Positions 47,892-59,528 of a stretch of DNA of 64,000 nt are shown here, piece by piece. The notes below the pieces were generated by a model. It was not told the DNA's origin, did not search any database, and was given only the letters and a program-made list of their open reading frames with translations. The stretch comes from Candidatus Bathyarchaeota archaeon. GTDB taxonomy: Archaea; Thermoproteota; Bathyarchaeia; Bathyarchaeales; Bathycorpusculaceae. The DNA lies in contig CAVYHV010000006.1 in assembly GCA_963768425.1 (NCBI GenBank), forward strand, positions 224,001-288,000, written 5' to 3'. How positions within the stretch are numbered: the first letter of the stretch is position 1; every line of letters starts with the position of its first letter. Both the position numbers and the translations under genes were made by a program.

Positions 47892-48641
47892 ATGAGCTCA
47901 AAACGAAACACCAAAGTTAAGACTTACAATCCAAAAACGCAAGGCAAAAACCGAAAGCTGATTGCAGTTGTAGTAATGGCAGTTATCGTTATTGCATTTG
48001 TCGGTTACGTGGTGATTACTCACCTTGGTCCAAATGAACAACTGTCCAGCCAGAAGAATACTCCTTCGCCCACTCCGACCGCTTCTACTTCTCCAACTTC
48101 TTCAAGCAATCCGTTCCCATCCGTAACTCCCCTCACTTCACCAGCGGGCGAGTACAGCGCCAGTGGGACCAAAGTACTTTTCCTAACATCAAAGGGCAAC
48201 ATAGTTATCCAAATGAGAGATGACAAACCCATCACAGCCGCCAACTTCGTTAAACTGGTCAACGAAGGATACTACAACAACACGATTTTTCAAAGGGTCA
48301 TCGCTGGCTTCATGATTCAGGGCGGAGAAGGCAAAACCACAGTTCCAACTATAAAAGACGAGATAGGCAATGGCAATGTAAATAGCAACATGACGATAGC
48401 AATGGCAAATACGGGTCAGGCAAACTCGGCAAGCAGCCAATTCTTCATCAACGTAGCCAACAACAATAATCTTTACTCAAGCTTCGACACTTCATATACT
48501 GTCTTCGGTCAAGTTATATATGGTCAAAACACCGTCATGGCAATCTCACAAGTACCCGTGCAAGCAAGTGCGGCATATAATGGCGAGGTTTCCCAACCGG
48601 TAACAACAGTATATTTGATCGGCGCAGTAGTCATGCCTTAG
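47892..48641 (+). CDS. Membrane-anchored cyclophilin peptidyl-prolyl isomerase
   Basis: TM helix, S/T/P linker, FQRVIAGFMIQGG, AMAN, SQFFIN, YTVFGQV. Confidence 0.9.
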   Translation: MSSKRNTKVKTYNPKTQGKNRKLIAVVVMAVIVIAFVGYVVITHLGPNEQLSSQKNTPSPTPTASTSPTSSSNPFPSVTPLTSPAGEYSASGTKVLFLTSKGNIVIQMRDDKPITAANFVKLVNEGYYNNTIFQRVIAGFMIQGGEGKTTVPTIKDEIGNGNVNSNMTIAMANTGQANSASSQFFINVANNNNLYSSFDTSYTVFGQVIYGQNTVMAISQVPVQASAAYNGEVSQPVTTVYLIGAVVMP

Positions 48642-48781
48642 CTTCCCATTATTATCCTTCTTTGGTTTGTTCCCTTTTTGCGTGCTTTGTCATTTTTGCG
48701 CTTAAATATATGAGCGTGTTAACTTTAAAAAGCAAAGAACGCAAATGCAGGTTTAACGGCGAAAGGGTCGGAGTTGATTAA

Positions 48782-50001
48782 ATGAAGTTTATACTAGTTG
48801 TTGGCGACGGAATGGCTGATTACCCAGTTCCGGAGCTTGGAGGCAAGACGCCTCTTCAAGCCGCCTATAAACCCAACATGGATTCGATTGCGTCAGAAGG
48901 TCAAAGCGGGCTGCTAAAAACTGTTCCAGATGAATGCATCCCAGGCTCAGACACCGCAATATGTTCTCTTATGGGCTACGACCCGAGAATTTACTGCACA
49001 GGCAGAGGACCTCTTGAAGCCCCTACCCGAGGCATAAAGCTCATGGGAAACGATGCGGCTTATCGGTGTAATCTGATAACTGAGGCAAACGGCGCCATTC
49101 TTGATTACTCAGCCGGGCACATAACAACTGAAGAAGCTTCCCAGCTGATAGACGCCGTAGGAGAAGCTTTTGGCAAGCAAGGTAAAATCGAGTTCTATTC
49201 AGGGATGAGCTATAGGCACTTTTTGATAATTCGCAACTATCCGCATCCAGAGCTTGTAGTTTGCATTCCACCGCATGACGCCATCGGAATGAAGGTTTCC
49301 GCAGTTATGCCGAAAGCCAAAGTGGCTGAAGCCGAAAAAGATGCTCTGGTATTAAGAAACTTGATTGAGGGCTCAAGAGATATCCTGCGGATTCATCCTG
49401 TTAATGTCGCCCGTGAGAAAGCTGGCAAAGGCCTGGAAACCTGATTTGGCCATGGGGCGGCGGCAAAACACCATCTATGCCGACTTTGAAGGAAAAATTC
49501 GGCTTAAAAGGGGCGGTCATATCCGCCGTTGACTTAGTTAAAGGCATTGGTATCTACGCTGGCATGGAAATCATCAAGGTTCCCGGCGCAACAGGTTTAT
49601 ACGACACCAACTACGAGGGCAAGGCCGACGCGGCATTGAAAGCTCTACGGACCGTGGATTTGGTTTTTGTCCACGTTGAAGCGCCAGACGAGGCAGGACA
49701 CGCTAAAGACTACGCGTTAAAAGTCAAGACAATTGAGGATTTAGACAAGAGGCTGCTAGGAAGAATTCTTGAAGGGATAGATGAACCCTATGCGATTTCC
49801 ATATCGCCCGACCACCCAACGCCAATCGGCACCGGTACCCATTCAAGAGACCCCGTGCCATTCGCCATTAAATCGCCTAATTTGAAGCCTGATGGTGTCA
49901 AAAATTTCGATGAGTCTTCAGCAAAAAACGGTGCCTTCGGCATAGTCAAAAATGGCTATCTTATTTCACTTCTTATTGATTCAACTGCCAAAGGCAAGTA
50001 A
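48782..50001 (+). CDS. apgM: Cofactor-independent phosphoglycerate mutase, frameshifted near 49430
   Basis: GDGMAD, PGSD, HVEAPDEAGH, PDHPTP. Confidence 0.9.
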
Positions 50002-50029
50002 AATTCAAAAAAGCCATTAGCCATTGATT

Positions 50030-50899
50030 TTATGTTAGGGATATGAGAACGAGCCCGACGAGTATGGCGATTATTCCAAATTTCTGGTTGCGCACAATTC
50101 TCTCCTTCAAAAAAACGTAAGCAAGCGCTATGGTTATTGCGGGAGCAGTTGCGACTATCGCCGAAACGACCGAAACATACTGGGTGTTCAAGCTGAAGTT
50201 AAAAGCTAAGTAGGCGGAAAAATCCAGTAGCCCCGCCACTGCGAGAAAAAGGAAAATCATTTTGGCTGGAAACGAGACCTTGGTTTTGGTAACGCATGTC
50301 CACGAGAAAAGGGCGGTCACTGCGAGTATTTTAAGCAGAAAAAGCGCCATAATGGGTCCGACTGCTGAAGTGATAGGCTTAAGCAACGCGTAGCTGATTC
50401 CCCATGCAATCATTGCTACTGCGGCATCTGGAGCGCCCGCTGACCAACCGCCAATTTTGATACTTTTTTTGAGTTCAGCAAAGTTTGTCGAAGCAAAAAA
50501 CACTCCGATGAAAACCGCGATGACGCCTACGATTTGCAGAGGGGTTAGTGCTTCCGAGAAAAGAATTGCTGCGAGCAGGACCGTTATGACCGACCAGCTG
50601 GCAGTAATCGGAGCGACGACGGAGACGTTGCCTTTTCCGAAGCCTTTATAGAAGAATATATAGCCGATGACTCCTGTCGCGCCCGCTAAAAAGATTTCTC
50701 CAGCCAGCAAGGGCGAAAAATTAGGGATTTTGAAGAAGAATGCTGCGATGAACAAGGTCGGAAGAAACGCGACAGCTTGGTTTATAATTATGCTGGTTCT
50801 GTAGCCTATTTGGTCGATGGCTTTCTTAGCTAAGAAGTCCGCTACTCCCCAACTGACCATAGCAACAATAGCAAGAGCTATTCCCCAGTCTAAAGCCAT
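50030..50899 (-). CDS. DMT/EamA-family transporter
   Basis: About 10 hydrophobic helices in two EamA repeats. Confidence 0.88.
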   Translation of the reverse strand: MALDWGIALAIVAMVSWGVADFLAKKAIDQIGYRTSIIINQAVAFLPTLFIAAFFFKIPNFSPLLAGEIFLAGATGVIGYIFFYKGFGKGNVSVVAPITASWSVITVLLAAILFSEALTPLQIVGVIAVFIGVFFASTNFAELKKSIKIGGWSAGAPDAAVAMIAWGISYALLKPITSAVGPIMALFLLKILAVTALFSWTCVTKTKVSFPAKMIFLFLAVAGLLDFSAYLAFNFSLNTQYVSVVSAIVATAPAITIALAYVFLKERIVRNQKFGIIAILVGLVLISLT

Positions 50900-51445
50900 G
50901 CGCTCCCCTCTCCAAGCCATTAGAATAGCATTTGCTTACCCAGAATTTAAATCTAAAACTTTCCCAGAAACCCGCAAATGGCATACAAAGGATTTGACTG
51001 AAAAAGAGCCAAGCTTATCTTTGCAGATTAACTGATCATCCGTTTGAATCATAATTTAAGATTTTTCAATCCTTGCTGTTTTCAGAAGTATCGCAAAAAA
51101 CATAGGCAAACTTTTCCTGTAATCTGAGTATTTTTATCCCAAACACGCACTAAATCCTTCTCTTCAATTTTTACTAGATTCACCGTGACGGAAGAATATG
51201 CGTTGATACTACGATTTCTTAATACCTCAGGACCGACAGGGAAACCGGATAGTTTAGGGTTAGTGATAATTGCGGAATAGCACTGGTGTCTAACATAAAC
51301 ATAGGGACCGAGGTGACAAGCTTGGGGAAGTCCAAAAGGACAAATACACAAAATGACCATGAAACATTTGGTTTTTTCAGGCAGAAGCCTCAGTTTTCAG
51401 AGTAAAAGGTTAAAACACGCTCCAATCAGTATCCTTTAGTGAAAA

Positions 51446-54330
51446 ATGCAGAATCAATCGTTCGTTTTCAATTTACTTGCCCCTCTTGTTCAGAAGGCGT
51501 TAGCTGAGCTCGGGTTTTCAGAGCCTACATTACCGCAGACTCTGGCGTTTCCTAAATTGTTAGACGGCAAAAACGTTCTTTTAGTCGCTCCGACAGGCAG
51601 CGGAAAAACCGAGGCGGTTCTTCTACCAGTTTTCTCCAAGTTGATTGAAGATCAGAGCCAATGCAAGAAGGGCGTAAGGGTGCTATACATTACGCCTCTT
51701 CGCGCATTGAATCGAGACATGCTAAAACGGATGACCCTTTGGGCGGAGAAGCTCAACTTAACAGTTGAACTCCGTCATGGAGATACAGAACAGAAAACCC
51801 GCCGAATGCAGGCTAAAAAACCGCCAACCATGCTTGTTACAACGCCTGAAACCTTGCAGGCCGTTCTTCCAGGAACCCAAATGCGCCAGCACCTCCGAAA
51901 CGTCGAGTTCGTCATCGTGGATGAGGTGCACGATTTGGCTTCAAGCAAACGTGGAGCCCAACTTTCTTTGGCATTAGAGCGACTGCAGTTGGTTACGGGC
52001 AAGGAGTTCCAAAGAATCGGTTTATCAGCAACCGTCGGGAATCCACAGGAAATCGCCAAGTTCATCGCCGGAACGCGACGAAAAATAAGCATCATCCAAG
52101 CATCACCTGAGAAAAGCTACCGCTACAACGTTGAAAACCCCTCACCGATAGAAGTTGATTTTGAGATGGCGGGAAAACTGGAGACCTCGCCGGAAGCAGC
52201 GGCAAGAATTAGGCGAATTTTAGAGCTCGTGGATTCACATAATTCAACGCTTATTTTCGTTAACAGCCGTACGGTCGCAGAGGTTTTGGGACATAAACTT
52301 CAACAGCTAAACCGGGATGACGTAGCGGTTCATCATGGATCAATCAGTAAAGAGGAAAGAATCGGCGTTGAGGCCGCGTTTAAGAATGGGCAGTTGAAAG
52401 CCATTATTTGCACGAGCACTTTGGAGTTGGGTATCGACATTGGCAACGTTGATTTGGTTGTTCAGTACATGTCGCCACGGCAGGTAAACAGTCTCATACA
52501 ACGGGTCGGCAGAAGCGGGCACAGTTTCGCCGAGCTTCCCAAGGCACAATAATCACGGTTTATCCAGATGACACCCTTGAGGCATTAGCATCAATAAAAA
52601 ACGCCAAGAGCAACATGATTGAACCCGTACTGATACATGAGAACGCGTTGGATGTCCTCTCGCATCAAATCGCTGGGGTGCTAATGGATCTTCAGGAAGT
52701 CACTCAGGAAGAGCTTTCACGTTTGCTGAAAGCATCCTATCTTTACCGAAACCTCCAGAAAAACGAGTTGCTGGATCTGATACACTTTTTAGACAGCCTA
52801 AACCATTTAAGATTCGATGAAGTCGACCAAGTCTTGACCAAAACACGCCGAACCCGCGATTACTACTATAGCAATCTCTCAATGATTCCAGACGAGCGAA
52901 GGTACCCTGTCATAAACATCCTTTCCGACCGAAAAATCGGCACCTTAGGCGATGAATTCATGGCTCTGCACGCACGCGTAGGCTTAAGCTTTATCATGAA
53001 AGGCAAAGTGTGGCGTATAGTCCAGATTGAAGAGGAAGCTGGAACCGTTCATGTGTTGCCGTCTGAAGACCCTTTCGCGTCTGTTCCTGGTTGGGACGGG
53101 GAAATCTTGCCTGTACCTTTCGAGCTCGCCCAACAAACAGGGCAAAACAGGGAAAGAATCGCTCAGGTACTCAAAGAAACGAGAGACGTAAATGTTGCGG
53201 CTGAGGTTTTAGCCAAGGAAATGGGCTCTGACAGGGACAGCATGCGTAACGTCATTTTGGAAGTTGACGAGCAAATCAAGCAGAATGCACCTTTGCCGAC
53301 TGAGAAACATGTTGTTTTGGAGGTTTACGACAAATACCTAATCATTCACGCCTGCTTCGGCGAGCTGGTTAACAAGACTTTAGGTGGAGTTTTTGACAAC
53401 GTTCTGTCCGAACGAGAAATCATGGCAGGGCGGTGGACAGATGGCTACAGAATCTTAATTGAAATGGCTCGAAAACTCAACAAGCAAGAAAGCGCAGAGC
53501 TTCCCAAGGCCATGTTCGGGCTCACTGACGAAGCAGTTGACTTCGCGTTTGAAAAATATTTGGAAGCTAAGTTCCCCTTCGGCTACAAGATGAAAGCTGT
53601 GGCCGAAAGGTTCGGCGTTTTGCCCCGTGGAAAAACGATGAGTTACAAGCGGCAAAGTGAATTGAGAGCCCAATTTGATAATACTCCAGTTTACCATGAA
53701 ACAATCAGAGAAGCGATGATGGAAAAAGTGGATTTGCCGCATGCTAAACAAATAATGCACGATGTTGCAGCTGGAAAAATCAAGCTTTCAGCTTACATTA
53801 GCTATGAAAAGCCGTCTCCACTTGCCTACCACATCCTATCCAAATACGCTGATGTCTCTGAGTTGATGGCACCTGAAAGTGTCATCATGAACAATATTGA
53901 CAAACTGAAAATGGCGATTGACGCTCGCACGATAACGCTGATGTGCATGAAATGCGCTCAATGGACAGCACAGGAAAAAATCAAAAACTTACCCTTGCAG
54001 CCCGAGTGTCCTAAGTGCGGTTCTGGACTTTTGGCGCCGCTTTACCGTTCACAGAACCCTAACCATTTATGGGATGCTTTGGCACGAAGAAAGGAAGGCA
54101 AAGAATTGACTCCTGAAGCTCTAAAAGAGCTTAGTCAGGCACGGAGGAAGGCAGATCTAATTTTGAGTTACGGCAAAGATGCTGTACGGGCTTTGCAGGT
54201 GAAGGGTGTTGGGGCCGAAACGGCTTCACGGATCTTAGGCAAGATGCACTCTCAGGAAGACGGGTTCTACTTGGATTTACTGAAGGCGAAGGTTCAGTAC
54301 CTAAGGACAAGACAGTACTGGGACAAATAG
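51446..54330 (+). CDS. Lhr-like SF2 helicase, frameshifted near 52530
   Basis: APTGSGKT, DEVH, HHGS, QRVGRSGH, C-terminal CMKC..CPKCGS. Confidence 0.9.
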
Positions 54331-54465
54331 TGGCTTAGGATTTTACGTGTTAAAGCTCAAGACACTTAGTTCCTTCAAAATTGAACGTTGACGGATTTGA
54401 AAAATGGGTTTGTACTGCGATAAGAATTTTAACCTTGCCTAAACCTTATTTTTAGGAAAAGTTCC

Positions 54466-55179
54466 ATGACGGTTAAAGCTGTCTTGTTTGACATGTTCGA
54501 TACGCTGATGTTGATCAAAAAGAACCACGATTTCTATAGTCCATCTATGATGCATATGTACACTTTTCTGGTCGAAAACGGCGTCAACGTGCCGTTGGAA
54601 AGGTTTCAAGATGCGTTCAGTAAAGCCCGAGATGAACTTTATGCGAAGGCTGACCCGAACCTTGAGGAGCCGCATTTCAACATTCGAATTGCATTGACAT
54701 TAAAAAAGCTTGGTTACAGCTTTGACTCCTCTAGCTCCCTTGTTTTGTCTGCCAGCTCCGTGTTCTGTGAGGAATTTATGAATCACGTTTACCTGGACAA
54801 TGACGCTGAACCCCTGCTACGTAACCTGTATGGCAAGTACAAGCTGGGAATAGTTTCGAACTATGTTATCCCCGAATGCGTCGATAGACTGCTAAAAAAA
54901 CACGGATTGGGCAATCTTTTTGATGTGGTCGTAGTGTCGGGAGCTGTTAACAAGCGTAAACCCAGCCCAGAAATCTTCAAACAAGCCCTAAATGCCTTAG
55001 GTGTCTCCACGGCTGAAGCGGTTTTCGTCGGGGATACCCTTGATGCAGACATCGCTGGCCCCAAAGCAGTCGGCATGAAAACAGTTTACATCAAGAGACG
55101 CGAAGAAAAGCGAATTGAAAACGTTGTTCCAGACGAAACAATTAACAGTTTAACTGAACTCCCCCTGATACTTGAGTAG
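54466..55179 (+). CDS. HAD-family hydrolase
   Basis: FDMFDTL, KP, FVGDT..DI. Confidence 0.9.
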   Translation: MTVKAVLFDMFDTLMLIKKNHDFYSPSMMHMYTFLVENGVNVPLERFQDAFSKARDELYAKADPNLEEPHFNIRIALTLKKLGYSFDSSSSLVLSASSVFCEEFMNHVYLDNDAEPLLRNLYGKYKLGIVSNYVIPECVDRLLKKHGLGNLFDVVVVSGAVNKRKPSPEIFKQALNALGVSTAEAVFVGDTLDADIAGPKAVGMKTVYIKRREEKRIENVVPDETINSLTELPLILE

Positions 55180-55387
55180 GCACGAACGAGAGCGACTGAA
55201 AAGGTGGGCGGTCTTGTTGATACGAAGTGATAGGACCGCTTTAAAACCTAATCTTTGGACAGTCGCTCTTATCTTCTTGGCCGCGCCAATAATCGCTTAA
55301 GGCAAAGTCAGACAAACAGCGAGATAGAACACAAATAATCACATACTTTTTTAAAAATTTGGTAATAAAGAAAGAGGGATTAAGCTC

Positions 55388-55624
55388 TTATTGGTACGGG
55401 TCTTTCTTACCAGTCATGTACGCCCATGCGCCAACTAGCACAACTGTTAGGCATGCACCCGCAAAGCCTGAGATCAAGTAGGTTGTTGCGCCTGCTAAGG
55501 ATGGCAAAATTGTAATGAGCCATGGAATGAAAAAGGTCGCGGTAACTTGAGCTATGATGCCTGCTACGAAGCCTAAAAGAGCTATTAACCCGAATATTTT
55601 TAGTCTGTTATTCATTCGATTCAC
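55388..55624 (-). CDS. Small 2-TM membrane protein, divergent from the cdv operon
   Basis: Two hydrophobic helices; GGTGA SD. Confidence 0.75.
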   Translation of the reverse strand: MNRMNNRLKIFGLIALLGFVAGIIAQVTATFFIPWLITILPSLAGATTYLISGFAGACLTVVLVGAWAYMTGKKDPYQ

Positions 55625-55747
55625 CTTTTTGTTTTAGCATTACTTTGCCGAGCTTTTTAGTCTAACTTACATATTTCTGTCTAAACAGATTAGTGCTCAC
55701 ATCATCTTTAACTCTTATATCGCAAGCCCAATGGACATTTTTTCAAG

Positions 55748-55809
55748 ACGTATATCTGTACATATATACGTGCATATTCTCGACATATTAACAATGTATA
55801 AGATTATAC
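55748..55809. promoter_or_regulatory. Candidate operator palindromes upstream of the cdv operon
   Basis: ACGTATAT-C-TGTACA-T-ATATACGT (24 bp, one mismatched pair) and GTATAA-GA-TTATAC. Confidence 0.5.
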
Positions 55810-55841
55810 TCCGCATGTCTCTGTCTGCAGAGGTAATCAAA

Positions 55842-56501
55842 TTGTCAGAAAACTTCGCAAAAAAGTGGGAAAGCAAGCGGGACGAGACACCCTTCCAAAA
55901 CCGCATTAAAGATGCAGTGAAGCCGCCGGGGCCATTGAAGCCACGACTTGACTTCGCAGTCAGACGCATTGACCTTCAAGTTCAGAAGCTTGACCAAGCA
56001 ACAGACAGGTTCAGCCAAAGAGACAAAGCAATTTTTGCCCGAATCGTTGACGCCTACGCAAAACATGACAGTGCACGCGCAAACGTCTTCGCTAACGAGT
56101 TAGCTGAAGTCCGAAAGATGTCAAAGTTGATAATGAATGCCAAACTTGCGCTTGAACAAATAACATTACGTTTACGAACAGTATCAGAACTCGGCGACGT
56201 TGTTTCAACATTAGGTCCAGCCGTTGGAGTCCTGCGTTCCGTCAGAGCAGGCTTAGTAAGCGTGTTCCCAGAAGCAGAAAACGAACTGGGCGAGATAGGC
56301 AACATGCTAAGTGGAATAATGATTGAAGCAGGCCAAGGTAGCGGAATGACACTGAACTTTGACACGGTAAACGAGGATGCATCAAAGATACTCACCGAAG
56401 CAGCAACAGTTGCAGAGCAAAAGATCAAAGACAAATTCCCAGATCTGCCACCCGGAATGCCAGCAACCCCACAAACAGAAAAATCAACACAGGGATTCTA
56501 A
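55842..56501 (+). CDS. cdvB: ESCRT-III CdvB1/B2-like protein (Snf7 domain)
   Basis: ARANVFANELAEVRK, ALEQITLRLRTVSELGD, FPDLP; TTG start after a GAGGT SD. Confidence 0.92.
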   Translation: MSENFAKKWESKRDETPFQNRIKDAVKPPGPLKPRLDFAVRRIDLQVQKLDQATDRFSQRDKAIFARIVDAYAKHDSARANVFANELAEVRKMSKLIMNAKLALEQITLRLRTVSELGDVVSTLGPAVGVLRSVRAGLVSVFPEAENELGEIGNMLSGIMIEAGQGSGMTLNFDTVNEDASKILTEAATVAEQKIKDKFPDLPPGMPATPQTEKSTQGF

Positions 56502-56521
56502 AAATAGGAGGATAAAACAAA

Positions 56522-57238
56522 ATGTCTAACTCCAATCTTTTTCTTTATATTGGTAAACCTGTAAAGAACGAGTATGGCCGAGTAATCGGCAAAATTGCTT
56601 CATTCGCACTAACCCCCAGTGGAAAATTTGATGCTGTTTACGTTGAATTTGGCGATGGCCAATTTACAAAACAGCCCATGGAAAGCTTACGCTTCAATGG
56701 CGCTGAAATCACTTATATCACGAAAATCAAGTCTCAATCAGGTGTCCTATGTGACCACATCCCGTTGATTTGGCGCAAAGACCAAGCTTTGAAAGACCTT
56801 CTGGACAAGAAGAAGATCACTCCGGAAGTATTCCAGGACCTGCACAATAGCTTCACTAACGTTTTGTCTTCGCTTAAAAAAGACGCTCAGGAAATCGTTG
56901 ACGATGCAACCGTGGAAATCGAACGGTGCCGAGACGAGATTACTTCTCTAAGCTACGCCATAGCTAACCTGGAGATTGAACATGAAATCGGCAAGGTAGA
57001 TGAAGAAAACTACAAGTCCGCCTTTGTGGCGCTTCAGGATGCTCTTAGGCGCGCAACATCAGAGAGAACCGACTATGAGTTGACGAAAAGCAAAATCTCT
57101 AGCGTTCTTCTCGGCGACAGCCAAGATGCATTGCAGAGATCCAAAACCTACGCAGAACAAGTGAATGTTGCGGCTCAGAAATTGCCAGAGCCACCAGTGG
57201 TTGTCTACGTTAAAGAAGTAGGGAAAGCGGGCATCTAA
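56522..57238 (+). CDS. cdvA: Cell division protein CdvA
   Basis: PRC-barrel IGKPVKNEYGRVIG, coiled coil, C-terminal EPPVVVYV CdvB-binding-like strand. Confidence 0.9.
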   Translation: MSNSNLFLYIGKPVKNEYGRVIGKIASFALTPSGKFDAVYVEFGDGQFTKQPMESLRFNGAEITYITKIKSQSGVLCDHIPLIWRKDQALKDLLDKKKITPEVFQDLHNSFTNVLSSLKKDAQEIVDDATVEIERCRDEITSLSYAIANLEIEHEIGKVDEENYKSAFVALQDALRRATSERTDYELTKSKISSVLLGDSQDALQRSKTYAEQVNVAAQKLPEPPVVVYVKEVGKAGI

Positions 57239-57251
57239 ACGACAACGATTA

Positions 57252-58178
57252 GTGGAGACGCGACGCCGGAGGGATAAAGGCATCAAAGTTTTAAGCAACC
57301 CTACCCCTCCGCCTATCCGTGAAGTCGCTACAAAATCAATCACCACCCTAAAAATTCAGCAAGGCAAACTAGAACAGGCCAGTTTCCGCCTTAAAGAACG
57401 AGACCGCCTACTTTTTGAGTCGTGCATGGGCGCGCTGAAAAAAAATAATCGTGAAAAAGCAGCAATATGTGCGACTGAACTGTCTGAAGTAAGAAAACTA
57501 GTAAAGTTTCTCTACAACGTACAATTAGCTATTGAAAGAGTCATTATGCGCCTGGAAACAATTAGGGAACTTGGCGACATTGTTAATGACTTAAAGCCTG
57601 CCCTGCGTTTGCTGCAAGGCGTTTCCCAAGAGCTGTTCCAAGTTCTCCCTGATGTCAGCTCCGAGCTTGACAGCGTAAACACCGCAATACAGGACACGTT
57701 GCATGCAGCAAAAATCACGACTGACGAAAACGTGATTCCAGTTGGAAAGAAAACCGAGGGAGGCGAAGAAATCCTCAAAGAAGTCACATCGTTCATGCAG
57801 CAGAAAATATCTGAAACTCTGCCTGAACCTCCGATTGGAGCCCCACAGATAAAGGAGAAAACACCCATTAGGGAAATGGTTGCCCTCACCGCAACTTCCT
57901 CGCAGATGATCGGGCATAAAACCACTGAGGAAACTGGGTTCGATCCCGTGAAGTCTTTGTTCTCCTACAAAAAGCAGGAGATAAAGGAGTTCTCTCTGAA
58001 GGTTTCGAACCAATCGTTGGAAGACGTCCTCATGGAGTATGTCCGCAAAACCAATGGGGAGATCGATCTTGGTCGGTGTTCAACTGAACTTCAAACTTCA
58101 AATGAAGAAATAGAGCGTGCCCTCGAAAGTTTGGGAACAAAGGGCAAAATAAAAATTGAGTTAAAATCGCCAGAGTGA
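57252..58178 (+). CDS. cdvB: ESCRT-III CdvB with C-terminal winged helix
   Basis: Snf7 core, LPEPP MIM2-like motif, EYVRKTNGEIDL wH domain. Confidence 0.9.
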   Translation: METRRRRDKGIKVLSNPTPPPIREVATKSITTLKIQQGKLEQASFRLKERDRLLFESCMGALKKNNREKAAICATELSEVRKLVKFLYNVQLAIERVIMRLETIRELGDIVNDLKPALRLLQGVSQELFQVLPDVSSELDSVNTAIQDTLHAAKITTDENVIPVGKKTEGGEEILKEVTSFMQQKISETLPEPPIGAPQIKEKTPIREMVALTATSSQMIGHKTTEETGFDPVKSLFSYKKQEIKEFSLKVSNQSLEDVLMEYVRKTNGEIDLGRCSTELQTSNEEIERALESLGTKGKIKIELKSPE

Positions 58179-58204
58179 GAGAAAGGAGAAGGAGAGAGAC
58201 ATAA

Positions 58205-59386
58205 ATGAGCGCTTCAAACGAACTTGAAAAAGCAGCAACAGCGTACGCCTTAGACGCCGTACGTTTAGATAAGCAAGGGCAAAAGGGAAGAGCCATAACA
58301 CTTTATCAAAAAGCGATAGAAGCCTTATTGCAGCTTGTCCAGCTTTACCCAGAATACGGCTTAAACAAAGTCTACGTCCAGCGAGCAATTGCTTACCAGG
58401 AAAGAATCAAAGCATTGCAAGGCGCTGTTTCCTCAGCTGAAATGAACGAGGCAAGCAACAACGACGCGGAAGGCGGAGGAGCTACAATGGATGCAAACGG
58501 CGGCGGAGTTCCTAAACCCAACGAAGAACTTGTCCTCACAGAGAAACCCAAAGTTAACTGGGACGAAGTCGTGGGCTTAGATGTAGCCAAAAAAGCCGTC
58601 AAAGAAGCCATAGTTTATCCCGTTCAAAGACCCGACTTGTTCCCACTTGGTTGGCCACGAGGCATACTGCTTTTCGGTCCACCAGGCTGCGGTAAAACCC
58701 TTCTGGCAGCGGCGGTTGCAACAGAGATCGATGCTAACTTCTATTCGATAGACGCAGCATCAATCATGTCCAAATGGCTTGGAGAAGCAGAACAAAACGT
58801 GGCCAAGCTTTTCGGGACAGCCCGTAAATCGGCAACCGACGGTAGACCAGCTATAGTGTTCGTTGACGAGTTAGACTCGTTAATGGGAGCGCATACCAAT
58901 GAAGTAGGTGGAGAAATACGTGTCCGCAACCAGTTCCTCAAAGAGATGGACGGCATAGTTGACAAAGGCAAAAACCTGCATGTCTACGTCATCGGCGCAA
59001 CGAACAAGCCTTGGGATTTGGACTGGGCGTTCATCAGACGATTCCAGAAGAGAATTCTTGTTCCCCTGGCAGACCACTCCACTAGGCTTAACATGTTTAA
59101 AGTTTACTCGGCTACTCTGGTGATATCTTCCGACGTAGACCTTGATGAGTTGGCGCGGATTTCCGAAGGCTTCTCAGGAAGCGACATACGGGACGTTTGC
59201 CAATCAGCACAGCTGAAACTGATTGGGGAATTCTTCGAGTCAGGCAAAGCAATGGACAGAGCAGCTACACCGAGACCTCTAACGATGGCTGACTTCCGAC
59301 AGATCCTTGAAGAGCGCAAACCAAGTGTCTCCCTTGACATGTTGACGGCTTACAACCGTTGGTTTGAGGCTTTCAAAGCACTTTAA
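58205..59386 (+). CDS. cdvC: CdvC/Vps4 AAA ATPase
   Basis: N-terminal MIT domain, GPPGCGKT, SKWLGE, FVDELD, RRFQKRI. Confidence 0.95.
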   Translation: MSASNELEKAATAYALDAVRLDKQGQKGRAITLYQKAIEALLQLVQLYPEYGLNKVYVQRAIAYQERIKALQGAVSSAEMNEASNNDAEGGGATMDANGGGVPKPNEELVLTEKPKVNWDEVVGLDVAKKAVKEAIVYPVQRPDLFPLGWPRGILLFGPPGCGKTLLAAAVATEIDANFYSIDAASIMSKWLGEAEQNVAKLFGTARKSATDGRPAIVFVDELDSLMGAHTNEVGGEIRVRNQFLKEMDGIVDKGKNLHVYVIGATNKPWDLDWAFIRRFQKRILVPLADHSTRLNMFKVYSATLVISSDVDLDELARISEGFSGSDIRDVCQSAQLKLIGEFFESGKAMDRAATPRPLTMADFRQILEERKPSVSLDMLTAYNRWFEAFKAL

Positions 59387-59412
59387 TGGAGGGCAAAGAC
59401 AAAACCGAAAAA

Positions 59413-59498
59413 TGGGTTGGGTGGAAAGGTTTGGAGACTTATGTTTTTTGCACGCTCTCCCTTCTCCCCCTCAAATTATCTCCAAACCCCACAACCCA
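59413..59498. other. Long imperfect stem-loop 3' of cdvC
   Basis: TGGGTT..GTGG..GGTTTGGAGA pairs with TCTCCAAACC-CCAC-AACCCA. Confidence 0.6.
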
Positions 59499-59528
59499 AT
59501 AACGATACTCTAATCCGGAGCTGAAGCC

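Noticed and set aside
51225-51250. FMN or ykkC riboswitch
   Set aside because: Only a short resemblance (CCGACAG..CCGGAT); the other conserved segments are absent.
51082-51360. 92-aa ORF
   Set aside because: No recognisable motif or SD; an RNA interpretation fits better.
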